From Candidatus Uhrbacteria bacterium RIFOXYB12_FULL_58_10 (GTDB lineage: Bacteria > Patescibacteriota > Patescibacteriia > UBA9934 > GWF2-40-263), in the NCBI GenBank assembly GCA_943359455.1, contig CALRHL010000002.1:7665-71664 (forward strand): a stretch of 64,000 nucleotides of DNA. Reading direction: 5' to 3'. How positions within the stretch are numbered: position 1 is the stretch's first letter; the number at the start of each line of letters is the position of its first letter. This document shows, piece by piece, positions 1 to 8,923 of this stretch. Below the pieces are notes generated by a model that was not told where the DNA came from, searched no databases, and worked only from the letters and a program-made list of their open reading frames with translations. The position numbers and the translations under genes were made by a program.

Positions 1-1394
1 AGTTTAGCGATTTCGAGAAGAAAATCATCGAAGACGGCAACCTTGCTGAGGCTAGCTGTCGCAAGCTCTTTCCCGAAGGAATGTTGATTGAATCGTCGGG
101 TCAACGGGCAATCACCGATACAAAAAAGGCCATCGAAGACGGTGTTCAGACTCTCTTTCAGGCTACGTTTCAAGATGACGTTTTCTTCATTCGTGCCGAC
201 ATTTTGCGGTATAGCCCTGAGCTTCAAGGCTGGGAGCTATTTGAGGTCAAAGCGACAAACGAGGTGAAGCGCAAAGTACCGCACCATCATGTAAATGACC
301 TTGCCTTCCAAAAGCTTGTGATCGAGCGTTGCGGATTACGAGTCGTTAGAGCGTCGGTGATTCATCTCAATCGTGAGTACATCAAACAAGGCAAAGTGAA
401 TTATCACGAGCTATTCGTTTACGCCGATCTCACGGAAGAGGTTGTTGAAGCCGAAATGCAGGTACGGGAAGAGATGCAGAACGAAAAAACCTATCTAAAC
501 TCCCTCGAAGAAGAAGGCTGTCTTTGTGTCTACGAAGGAAGATCAAATCATTGCCCTACCTTCGCACATTCAAATCCTCAAATTCCTGAATACTCGGTTC
601 ATGATTTGAATCGAATCGGCATGAGCAAAAAGAAGCTTACTGATTGGATCGATCGAGGGGAGCTGTCTTTGGTAGACATCCATAATCCAGAGGATTTAAA
701 CGAAACACAGCGCATTCAATACGATGCACATACGCTGAGCAAGGCGATTATTAACAAAGATGCGATCCATGAAGTGCTGAGTGGCCTTGTTTTTCCTCTG
801 CAGTTCTTTGATTACGAAGGATATTCAAGCGCAATCCCGCTCTTTGACGGCTTCGGGGCGTATGAGCAAGTGCCATTTCAATACTCCCTCCATATCCTGC
901 ACAAAGACGGGGAGATAGAGCATAAAGAATTTCTCATTACCGATCCGAGCGGTGATTTGACGCTTCCCCTTATCGAGCGCATGAAGGCGGACATAGATCC
1001 CAAAGGAACCGTTATTTCATGGTATAGCTCATACGAAAAACAGCGTAACAGTAAGCTCGCCGAGCTTCATCCCGAACATGCGCCGTTTCTTGAAGAGCTG
1101 AACGATAAGATGTTTGACCTGATGAAAGTTTTTTCGGATAACCACTACGTCGATCCTGCCTTCAAGGGGAGTGCGAGTATCAAGAAGGTTCTCCCTGTCA
1201 TCGTCCCTGCGCTATCCTATAGCCTCCTGAACATCTCTAAGGGCGATCAGGCGAGTGAGCGTTGGGAAAAGCTCATCTCTGCTGAAACTCCCCAGGCACA
1301 GAAAGACAAAATTGCTAAAGATTTGCTTGAATACTGCAAACTTGATACTTGGGCGATGGTTGAGATATATCGCTCACTTCTTCGGCTGGTCTAA
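1..1394 (+). CDS. DUF2779 domain protein (PD-(D/E)xK/Cas4-like nuclease N-terminus plus DUF2779 C-terminus); 5' end truncated by window
   Basis: Reading frame is open from nt 3 to the first listed Met at 81, so the gene starts upstream of the window. The C-terminal half (FDYEGYSSAIPLFDGFGAYEQVPFQYSLHIL...DTWAMVEIYRSL) matches the DUF2779 signature as I recall it; the N-terminus (ELFEVKAT...) resembles a RecB/Cas4-like nuclease. Confidence 0.7.
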   Translation, partial: FSDFEKKIIEDGNLAEASCRKLFPEGMLIESSGQRAITDTKKAIEDGVQTLFQATFQDDVFFIRADILRYSPELQGWELFEVKATNEVKRKVPHHHVNDLAFQKLVIERCGLRVVRASVIHLNREYIKQGKVNYHELFVYADLTEEVVEAEMQVREEMQNEKTYLNSLEEEGCLCVYEGRSNHCPTFAHSNPQIPEYSVHDLNRIGMSKKKLTDWIDRGELSLVDIHNPEDLNETQRIQYDAHTLSKAIINKDAIHEVLSGLVFPLQFFDYEGYSSAIPLFDGFGAYEQVPFQYSLHILHKDGEIEHKEFLITDPSGDLTLPLIERMKADIDPKGTVISWYSSYEKQRNSKLAELHPEHAPFLEELNDKMFDLMKVFSDNHYVDPAFKGSASIKKVLPVIVPALSYSLLNISKGDQASERWEKLISAETPQAQKDKIAKDLLEYCKLDTWAMVEIYRSLLRLV

Positions 1395-1396
1395 TT

Positions 1397-2188
1397 ATGA
1401 AAGATACGAGTAAGATTTATCGTCTTTATATTGATGAATCTGGAAATCATAGTTACGGGTGTACGGATTCCATCCAAGGCAGATACTTGGCACTATGTGG
1501 AATCATGTTCTCGCAGTTTCAGAATGAGAATTATATCGCCCCTAAATTTGAAGAGATGAGATCGATCTTTACCGAAGATGTCGATGATCGCCCCACCTTC
1601 CACTACACCGATCTGATCAATAAAAATGGTCATTTCGCTAAACTGAACGATGCGAGTGTAAAAGCGTCATTTAATGGTATCTACATTAACTTTTTAGAGA
1701 GTTCCGAATTTACTATTTGTTGCATTGTAATAGACAAGAAAGCCCACAAAGAGAGGTACGGGCAACCGATGCATCCTTATCATTATTGCCTGAATCTTCT
1801 TCTTGAACGCTATGTTCAATTTCTGAGACGTATCGACAGTAAGGGTGACGTTATGGCCGAAGGTAGAGGAGGAAAAGAAGATCAACTATTAAAATCTGAG
1901 TTTCAGAATTTCTTTAACAACGGAACTTCCTATCTTGATAGCGACAAAATCCAACTGAGGCTATCCTCAAAAGAGATGAAGATTAAAACAAAAGAGGCTC
2001 GTATTGCTGGCCTTGAATTAGCTGATCTGCTGGCTACTCCATTGAAATTTTTAACCTTATATCAAAATAAGGTTATAGATAAACTCGATGATAACTTTTC
2101 AAGGCAGGTACTCAAACTAGTTTGGCCGAAGATACGATCAGCCCCATCTGGGAAGAAAAACGGTTACGGGTTGAAGCTGATTAAATAG
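1397..2188 (+). CDS. DUF3800 domain protein
   Basis: N-terminal IYRLYIDESGN motif is typical of DUF3800. Start lies 3 nt after the upstream stop (taATTatg), so the pair is probably an operon. Confidence 0.7.
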   Translation: MKDTSKIYRLYIDESGNHSYGCTDSIQGRYLALCGIMFSQFQNENYIAPKFEEMRSIFTEDVDDRPTFHYTDLINKNGHFAKLNDASVKASFNGIYINFLESSEFTICCIVIDKKAHKERYGQPMHPYHYCLNLLLERYVQFLRRIDSKGDVMAEGRGGKEDQLLKSEFQNFFNNGTSYLDSDKIQLRLSSKEMKIKTKEARIAGLELADLLATPLKFLTLYQNKVIDKLDDNFSRQVLKLVWPKIRSAPSGKKNGYGLKLIK

Positions 2189-2214
2189 AAAAGCCAGCTT
2201 GCGCTGGTTTTCTA
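2189..2214 (+). terminator. Rho-independent terminator after the DUF3800 gene
   Basis: AGCCAGC-TTGC-GCTGGTT hairpin followed by TTTCT. Confidence 0.55.
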
Positions 2215-2336
2215 CGATGCTATTTCAGACATCCACCTCCGATAAACGGATTAAATACATAATACAGGGATATACATCTTCTGCGTAGGGATAACTCATT
2301 TTAAGCTTTATTAGCAGGGTAACAACAGTTTTTTTC

Positions 2337-2365
2337 TTGACCAAAATCTATTTCTCAGCTATAGT
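2337..2365 (+). promoter_or_regulatory. Sigma70-like promoter (TTGACC, 17-nt spacer, TATAGT)
   Basis: Near-consensus -35 and -10 with ideal spacing, about 200 nt upstream of the HD-domain gene. Confidence 0.55.
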
Positions 2366-2372
2366 GTAAGAG

Positions 2373-2566
2373 TAAAAGTGAAGAGGATAGTTCGTCCCAT
2401 AGACGAACCTCGTACCGCTCCCACTCGTGGGTAGGCAATCAGGGAAGTCTGCTGAGAGCCACATGCGTTACCGAGACTGATCACGAAAGTGGTTGGGAGA
2501 TTTCATCCAGTTTTTCTGGATCAATCTCTCGGCCACTTTTCGTTTATTCATCATTATTTACACTAT
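2373..2566 (+). ncRNA. Structured ~195-nt 5' leader; candidate riboswitch (weak THI-box/TPP-like motifs) with a terminator-like expression platform
   Basis: Hairpins GTTCGTC/GACGAAC and CCCACTCGTGGG. Ordered motifs GCTGAGAG (2451-2458), ACC, CTGATC, CAC-GAAA-GTG, GGGAG. A 19-bp imperfect stem at 2484-2542 (CGAAAGTGGTTGGGAGATT / AATCTCTCGGCCACTTTTCG) is followed by TTTATTC. Confidence 0.3.
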
Positions 2567-3136
2567 ATGACACTGGGAGAAGCATACGAACAATTCGAAA
2601 GATTGAACCCTATCGCTGAGGCGTTAGTAAAAGAGAGGATCAGAGGCACACGAAAAGGCTTACCAGACGAGCAGAACTACTCGCACTCCCTTCGAGTGCA
2701 GCGGCTCGTCATGGACTGTCATCATTGGGATGATCCCGATCATGACGTTTTTCTCGCCGCTCTCTTGCATGATGTGATTGAGGACGGGGGCGTAACGTTC
2801 GAGGAATTGCAGGCCATGGGCTTTACCAGCCGTACAATCGACCTCGTGAGGCTCTGTACGCACCCTCTTGCCGTCGAGAACTCTACGGAGCGTTGGACGC
2901 TCATGATGGCTAAACTCGTTGAGGCGAGGGACGACGACGCTTGGCGGATCAAACTCGCTGACCTTACGGATAACCTTAGGCAGTCGGTAGGATTAACGCC
3001 TGAAAATCGAAAGTTTATGGTTGAAGTAAAAGCACCACTGATGTTGCGTCTTACCGAGCGGTATATCTTCATCGAGGAAGCGTGGCGTGTGTTATGGAGG
3101 GAGATGGAGAAACAGCGCAAAGAGATGGCGATCTAA
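2567..3136 (+). CDS. HD-domain phosphohydrolase (RelA/SpoT-like HD fold)
   Basis: HSLRVQRLV...AALLHDVIEDGG matches the H..H...HD..ED metal-binding pattern of HD hydrolases. The listed ORF starts at 2489; the internal Met at 2567 is preferred because it lies downstream of the structured leader. Confidence 0.7.
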   Translation: MTLGEAYEQFERLNPIAEALVKERIRGTRKGLPDEQNYSHSLRVQRLVMDCHHWDDPDHDVFLAALLHDVIEDGGVTFEELQAMGFTSRTIDLVRLCTHPLAVENSTERWTLMMAKLVEARDDDAWRIKLADLTDNLRQSVGLTPENRKFMVEVKAPLMLRLTERYIFIEEAWRVLWREMEKQRKEMAI

Positions 3137-3236
3137 TCTCCCAGTAGCTATGCTGAGCAAAGCTCAGTCATTCCACTAAACTGGAACTCTTGCTCAAAGG
3201 CACGCCAGTTCACGGTTCGGAACGCGTCCAATAGAG

Positions 3237-3265
3237 GGAGCCATGCACCGTCTGGTGCATGGCGG
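3237..3265. repeat. Hairpin repeat A copy 1 (GGAGCCATGCACC-GTCT-GGTGCATGGCGG)
   Basis: Near-identical copy at 8468-8496. Confidence 0.8.
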
Positions 3266-3314
3266 AGCCATCGAGTGGTGGTTTCGCTGTGCTTAGACAT
3301 TAAGGTGAACTAGG

Positions 3315-3350
3315 AAAACCGTCTTGGTAAATCTAGACGGTTTTCTTTTT
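3315..3350. terminator. Bidirectional Rho-independent terminator
   Basis: AAAACCGTCT-loop-AGACGGTTTTCTTTTT. Confidence 0.6.
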
Positions 3351-3366
3351 GGTATAATTACGTCGT

Positions 3367-3627
3367 ATGTTTTACGTTTATATACTCTTATGTGCGGACA
3401 AAAAGTTTTATGTTGGGTTTACAGAAGATTTAAGGAATAGAATTGATCTTCATAAGAATGGACATGTAGCTTCCACGCGACCACGTCGACCAATTAATCT
3501 TATTTTTTATGAAGCATATCTGGATAAGTATGATGCATTACGAAGAGAAATCTATTTGAAAACGAGTAAAGGAAAAACGACATTGCGGTCTATGCTACGA
3601 GAATACTTATCAAAATATCTGGTGTGA
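3367..3627 (+). CDS. Small GIY-YIG nuclease superfamily protein (86 aa)
   Basis: FYVYILLC...FYVGFTEDLRNRIDLH...STRPRRP is the GIY-YIG core. TATAAT lies about 10 nt upstream of the ATG. Confidence 0.75.
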   Translation: MFYVYILLCADKKFYVGFTEDLRNRIDLHKNGHVASTRPRRPINLIFYEAYLDKYDALRREIYLKTSKGKTTLRSMLREYLSKYLV

Positions 3628-3677
3628 ATTGAGAAATATAAATCTTCACATCATCATAACCGGACCCCATAACCGTG

Positions 3678-3713
3678 CTGGATAATTCCGTTATCCGGAC
3701 CTGACCCCGACTG
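3678..3713 (-). repeat. Dispersed 35-nt hairpin repeat B, copy 1
   Basis: CTGGATAATTCCGTTATCCGGACCTGACCCCGACTG. Identical copy at 8570-8605, inverted variants at 13212-13267, diverged copy at 60510-60535. Internal stem GGATAA/TTATCC. Confidence 0.8.
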
Positions 3714-3962
3714 GACATTTTTCTTCATCGGAAAAAAAGATTTTCCGCAACGCCATGAATATAATTGAGGGAAAAATCTGACAAAGCGATTCTCCGCGAA
3801 AGCGGAGATATTATCAATGCATTATTTCTCATTGTATTTTCTGCAGGCATGGTTGCCTCGGCGGTATACGCCTTTAACAGAAAAGGTTAATCCACACATG
3901 CTTGACTTCTTTATTATTTTGCCATATACTGAGAATCTCTAATGATTTGATCATCTAACTTT

Positions 3963-4394
3963 ATGCCGAATACCAATATCGAACAACTTATTTCATTGAT
4001 TATTACCACCACTCGTCTTATTCGGGAACACACTAAACATCGAGAAAAAATTGATCCCCTTTCCTATCTTCAATTGGGAACGCTTCGTTATGTGGCTGAA
4101 AAAAACAACCCACCCATGAAAGATGTTGCCGACCACCTCTGCATTACCCCTCCTTCCGCAACTTCTCTCATCAACAATTTGACAAAAATGAAGCAGCTTG
4201 AACGCATCTATGATAAAGATGACCGCAGACTTATCAGGCTTGCTATTACTGCCAAAGGCAGGAAAACGCTTGAGGATGGGTTTAAGAAAATAACAATACG
4301 AATGCAAAGAGTGTTAAGCAAGCTCAGCGAAAAAGAAAGAAGCGATTTTATTAAAATCCTGGAAAAACTCTCCCGCGCGTATAGTAATAAATAA
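3963..4394 (+). CDS. MarR family transcriptional regulator
   Basis: 143 aa with a winged-HTH MarR-like pattern (LSYLQLGTLRYVAEK...DDRRLIRLAITAKG), immediately upstream of the efflux operon. Confidence 0.75.
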   Translation: MPNTNIEQLISLIITTTRLIREHTKHREKIDPLSYLQLGTLRYVAEKNNPPMKDVADHLCITPPSATSLINNLTKMKQLERIYDKDDRRLIRLAITAKGRKTLEDGFKKITIRMQRVLSKLSEKERSDFIKILEKLSRAYSNK

Positions 4395-4399
4395 TTTTA

Positions 4400-6151
4400 A
4401 TGAAGATTATGATCCAAGTTCCAAAAAGACCAATTATTATTGTGTTACTCGTCATTGTTCTTGGAGGAGTTATTGGTAGTTACATCTATTTCGGCGGGGA
4501 CAGCGCTCTGGCATATGATTTTATTGTCGCTGAAAAACGTGACCTCGTTCAGGACGTAAGTGTCACGGGACGCGTTAAGCCGGCAGAGAGCGTTGATCTT
4601 GCATTTGAGAAAAGCGGAAAAGTTGCACTGGTCACTGCGAATATCAGTGATAAGGTGAGGCCTGGCCAAATACTTGTCACTCTTGAAAATTCAGAACTCT
4701 TGGCGGAACTCTCCCAGGCAGAAGCCGGAGTGGAGAGTGCTGAAGCCCAACTTAAGCAATATCAAGCATCTGTTGAAACGGAGCAGGCAAGCCTTGCCGA
4801 ACTGGAGCAAGGTACAAGGCCTGAAGAAATACAAATTGCAGAAACAAAAGTTTCAAATGCGCAAAATTCAGTTGAAGATGCGGAACTGAACCTCAATAAT
4901 GTACAAAGTAAAGCTAGTAACGATTTAGTAAATGTCTATGGAGACACCATGGATATATTAAATGATGCATATACCAAAGCAGATAATGCCTTGCATGCTC
5001 AAATTGACGAGATGTTTAATAATGATGATGGTAGTAGTCCTAAATTGACCTTCATAGTAACTAATTCCCAAGCTGAGATTGATGTAGAATTGCAGCGGTT
5101 CATTGCAGGAAATGAACTGGAGGATTTTAAGGTGGAACTAGACACTTTTTCAACTTCTGACTTCCCATCACTTGACCAAGCACTTGTAAATGCAGAAGGT
5201 CATTTAGTTATTATTAGGGATTTTCTTAATCGTCTTGGTGACGCAATAAATAGTTCTGCTGGGATATCTTCAAGCACGGTCAGTATATACAAAAGCAACT
5301 TGAATGTAGCGCGTGTCAATGTCAATACAGTTATCTCCAATAGTAACAACCAAGAACAAATTATTGCTACACAAAAGGAAATCAACCAGAGTAGTGTCAC
5401 TACTGCTGAAGCTCAAGTTAACGATGCTCAATATGCTCTCTTGTCCGCAGAAACAGAATTGACTCTCAAAAAAGCTGGTTCAACTCTCGAGCAAATTACT
5501 GCCCAAAAAGCACAGGTTGAACAAGCCGAAGCCAATGTCACCTCTCAGGAAGCTCAAATAAAGCAAACGAAAGCAAATGTCCAAAACATCGAAGCGCGAC
5601 TTTCAAAAACAATCGTTTACTCACCAATCAATGGAATCATTACAACACAAGACGCTAAAGTTGGTGAGATAGTTTCTGCCAACACTATTATTGTTTCTCT
5701 AATTTCAGAAGCAAAATTTGAAATCGAAGCCAATGTGCCGGAAGCGGATATCGCAAAAGTAAGCGTGGGTAACACCTCGTTGGTTACGCTTGACGCCTAC
5801 GGCAGAGATGTTGTTTTTGAAGCGAAAGTGGTTGCTATTGATCCAGCGGAAACCATTGTGGACGGCGTTGCAACCTACAAAGTGACATTTCAATTTACCA
5901 AAGAGGATGAGCGCGTTAAGTCAGGAATGACCGCGAATATCGATATCGCAAGCGACCGCAGGGTAAATGTTATTGCTGTGCCACAGCGATCCATCATCAG
6001 GAAAAACGGAGATAAATTCGTAAGAATATTAAACAGTGAAGATTTTGAAGAGGTAAAAGTAGAAACAGGGCTCCGCGGTTCTGATGGAAATATTGAGATT
6101 ATAAAAGGAGTCAATGATGGTGACAAAGTAATAACTTTCAGCGAAGAATAG
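4400..6151 (+). CDS. HlyD/MacA-family efflux periplasmic adaptor subunit
   Basis: N-terminal TM segment, long coiled-coil (repeated AELSQAEAGVESAEAQL-type heptads), C-terminal beta-barrel region. Confidence 0.8.
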   Translation: MKIMIQVPKRPIIIVLLVIVLGGVIGSYIYFGGDSALAYDFIVAEKRDLVQDVSVTGRVKPAESVDLAFEKSGKVALVTANISDKVRPGQILVTLENSELLAELSQAEAGVESAEAQLKQYQASVETEQASLAELEQGTRPEEIQIAETKVSNAQNSVEDAELNLNNVQSKASNDLVNVYGDTMDILNDAYTKADNALHAQIDEMFNNDDGSSPKLTFIVTNSQAEIDVELQRFIAGNELEDFKVELDTFSTSDFPSLDQALVNAEGHLVIIRDFLNRLGDAINSSAGISSSTVSIYKSNLNVARVNVNTVISNSNNQEQIIATQKEINQSSVTTAEAQVNDAQYALLSAETELTLKKAGSTLEQITAQKAQVEQAEANVTSQEAQIKQTKANVQNIEARLSKTIVYSPINGIITTQDAKVGEIVSANTIIVSLISEAKFEIEANVPEADIAKVSVGNTSLVTLDAYGRDVVFEAKVVAIDPAETIVDGVATYKVTFQFTKEDERVKSGMTANIDIASDRRVNVIAVPQRSIIRKNGDKFVRILNSEDFEEVKVETGLRGSDGNIEIIKGVNDGDKVITFSEE

Positions 6152-6152
6152 T

Positions 6153-6872
6153 ATGCCGCTCATCGATGTCAAAAACATAGGAAAAACCTATTACAACGAT
6201 CGTGTGGAAACACATGCTCTTCGTGATGTGTCTTTTGAAATTAACGAGGGAGAATTCGTTGCTATCATGGGGCCTTCGGGATCAGGCAAATCAACCTTGC
6301 TTCATATCTTGGGTTTCTTGGACAGACACACCAATGGAAAGTACCGCTTTGACGGCAAAACCATTGACGACTATTCAAAAGAAGAAATTGCCCATGTACG
6401 AAATAAAAAAATGGGGTTTGTTTTTCAATCATTCAATCTGCTTGCAAGAACGACCGTTCTTGAGAATGTAAAACTGCCGCTTCTCTATTCTGACGTTAAA
6501 AAATCTATGCGCGACGAGATCGCGCTCAAAGCCATTGAGTCAGTGGGGCTTTCTCATCGCATCAGTCACGAATCCTCTCAGTTGTCAGGTGGCGAAAAAC
6601 AGCGCGTAGCAATCGCCAGAGCGCTAGTGAATAAACCCAATGTAATATTTGCAGACGAGCCAACGGGCAACCTTGATTCTAAATCAGGAAAAATGGTAAT
6701 GGAGTTTATTCAAAAACTGAATGAAGAAGAAGGGCATACTATTATTCTAATTACCCACGAAACCTATACTGCTGAACACGCCCAGCGAATTATTAGAGTC
6801 CTCGACGGCAATATAGAAAGTGATACAAAGGTAAATCACCGCCACAGGGCTCGCGATCATTTTGAGAAATAA
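6153..6872 (+). CDS. ABC transporter ATP-binding protein (MacB-type)
   Basis: Walker [13 protein letters not shown] signature [15 protein letters not shown], Walker B IFADEPT. Confidence 0.9.
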   Translation: MPLIDVKNIGKTYYNDRVETHALRDVSFEINEGEFVAIMGPSGSGKSTLLHILGFLDRHTNGKYRFDGKTIDDYSKEEIAHVRNKKMGFVFQSFNLLARTTVLENVKLPLLYSDVKKSMRDEIALKAIESVGLSHRISHESSQLSGGEKQRVAIARALVNKPNVIFADEPTGNLDSKSGKMVMEFIQKLNEEEGHTIILITHETYTAEHAQRIIRVLDGNIESDTKVNHRHRARDHFEK

Positions 6873-6895
6873 CTACTGGTGAATGTATTCAAACT

Positions 6896-8134
6896 ATGAT
6901 ATTTAGCGACAGTTTTACAACAGCCCTCGGTGGGCTTCAAACAAACAAATCTCGATCCGCACTTACCATACTCGGCATTGTTATTGGCATTACCGCCATT
7001 ATTTTAGTGATGTCCGTCGGCCAAGGAGCTGAAGACCTTATTTTAAATCAAGTACGGGGTTTGGGTTCTCAAACAATTATTATTGAACCCGGCAGAGAGC
7101 CGACGGGCCCTTCGAGTTTTGCCGAGCTTTTTACCGATTCTCTAAAACCAAAAGATGTGGATGCGTTGCGGAAACCTTCCAATGTGCAGGGGTTAAAAGA
7201 ATTAACTCCAATGGTCATGCAAGTGGCCGCTGTCACTTTCGAAAATGAAACAGTCAGGACAAATGTCATCGGCGCCTCTGAGCTTATCGCTAAGATTCTT
7301 GATATTTTTCCGAACAAGGGATCATTTTTTACCGATGAAGATATTAGGCAAAAAGCGAATGTTGCGGTTATAGGATCAGAAATCAAGAGCAAACTCTTTG
7401 GCCCTTCCGAGGCCCTTGGAGAGAAAATAAAATTAAAGGGGCGAACCTTTCGCATTGTCGGCATACTGCCCCCGAAAGGACAGGTTGCCCTCTTTAATGC
7501 TGACGATATGGTGGTGGTACCCTATACAACCGCCCAGCAGTACCTTTTTGGCATTAATCATTTTAATACCATTCTTGCTCAAGCTGAGACCGAAGACATG
7601 ATGCCCCGCGTAGTGCGGGACATTGAGCTCACTCTGCGTGAGACACACAACATTGACGACCCCGACAAAGATGATTTTCACGTAACCACGCAAGCCGACG
7701 CGGCCGAACGGGTTCAGACCATCACGGGAATACTAACTGTTTTGTTAGTTTCCGTTGCCGCGATTTCTCTTATTGTCGGCGGGATCGGCATTATGAACAT
7801 CATGTTGGTTTCGGTATCTGAACGAACGCGCGAAATAGGCCTGCGCAAAGCTCTGGGAGCGACAGAAAAAGACATCATGACGCAATTCCTTTTAGAAGCA
7901 GTGATGCTTACCGCGCTCGGCGGAGTTGTCGGAATAGCTCTCGGCGCCGCTTTTTCTTTTCTTGCCTCACTTATCCTTAGCAGAATTGTCGCTCTCGGTT
8001 GGGTATTTACCTTTCCTATCGCGGCCGCCCTTTTGGGGTTGGGAGTGGCGGCGTTCGTAGGGCTTGTGTTCGGCCTCTATCCCGCCCGCCAAGCCTCCCT
8101 TAAAAGCCCGATGGAAGCTCTGCGCTATGAGTAG
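6896..8134 (+). CDS. ABC transporter permease (MacB/FtsX-like) with periplasmic domain
   Basis: N-terminal TM, large periplasmic domain, C-terminal FtsX-like 3-TM bundle (RKALGAT motif). Confidence 0.85.
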   Translation: MIFSDSFTTALGGLQTNKSRSALTILGIVIGITAIILVMSVGQGAEDLILNQVRGLGSQTIIIEPGREPTGPSSFAELFTDSLKPKDVDALRKPSNVQGLKELTPMVMQVAAVTFENETVRTNVIGASELIAKILDIFPNKGSFFTDEDIRQKANVAVIGSEIKSKLFGPSEALGEKIKLKGRTFRIVGILPPKGQVALFNADDMVVVPYTTAQQYLFGINHFNTILAQAETEDMMPRVVRDIELTLRETHNIDDPDKDDFHVTTQADAAERVQTITGILTVLLVSVAAISLIVGGIGIMNIMLVSVSERTREIGLRKALGATEKDIMTQFLLEAVMLTALGGVVGIALGAAFSFLASLILSRIVALGWVFTFPIAAALLGLGVAAFVGLVFGLYPARQASLKSPMEALRYE

Positions 8135-8467
8135 GAATGTAAAATTATTCAAGGGAGTTTCTTAATGTCGTCCACGCACGGGTGCGGTGGGGAAAAAGCG
8201 ACTGTAAAAATAGATAGCCTCGCCCGAAAAAATTTGTGCCGTCCGTCCCCGCCTTCGCTAAAGCTACAGACGGGCAGGTGAGGGTGGGATACTACGAGCG
8301 AAGCGAGCAGTAATCTTCCAATTTATAGGAATTTTTAATAAGTAAGTTCGAGCTTGGCTGTATAGATACACCAACGAATCAATAAGCCGAATCCGTCGTC
8401 GTCAGGATTGGTATCACAAGATGCCTCTCAAAAACTGAAATCGCAGTTCTAACATCCTCCACGACGC

Positions 8468-8496
8468 GGAGCCATGCACCGTCTGGTGCATGACGG
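8468..8496. repeat. Hairpin repeat A copy 2
   Basis: GGAGCCATGCACCGTCTGGTGCATGACGG. Confidence 0.8.
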
Positions 8497-8569
8497 ATCC
8501 ACAACGCTCGCTTTGAAAAAAGTGAGCGTTGTTATAATATAGGGGTCATGTATGCAGAATCAGTATCAG

Positions 8570-8605
8570 ATTTGGGTACTGGATAATTCCGTTATCCGGA
8601 CCTGA
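8570..8605 (-). repeat. Dispersed 35-nt hairpin repeat B, copy 2
   Basis: Identical to the copy at 3678-3713. Confidence 0.8.
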
Positions 8606-8923
8606 CCCCGACTGCAATTTCGATAAACTGCCCAAGCCACCTGCATTTGAGCCGACTTATTGTGCAAAATGTGGCGAGAGAATCAATTTGCCTAACGGCG
8701 GGTATTCTACGTTATGCGGTGTCTACCACTGCGACCTCTGTCCGATCTCTGATAAAGAGCGGGCGAAAATTATTCGCGATTACAAAAAAGCCAGTCATCT
8801 CTGAGTGGAACTTTTTATGCAACTATAGACGGCAAATCTCTAGTTGAGATGGAACGGTAAAAGTTGTATTGCTCTATCTGCTATTTACTGATATAATCTG
8901 ATATATAGCTTATATCAGTAAAT

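Noticed and set aside
2373-2480. c-di-GMP-I (GEMM) riboswitch upstream of the HD gene
   Set aside because: I could not align the GGCAAACC / ACGCAAAGC elements. The HD domain looks RelA/SpoT-like, not HD-GYP.
3678-3713. Reverse complement of repeat B contains GTCAGGTCCGGA, identical to the conserved SRP (4.5S) RNA domain IV word
   Set aside because: Four copies in both orientations. Sequence after the 12-mer diverges from SRP RNA (no GGAAGGAAGCAGC). No helix-8-like structure.
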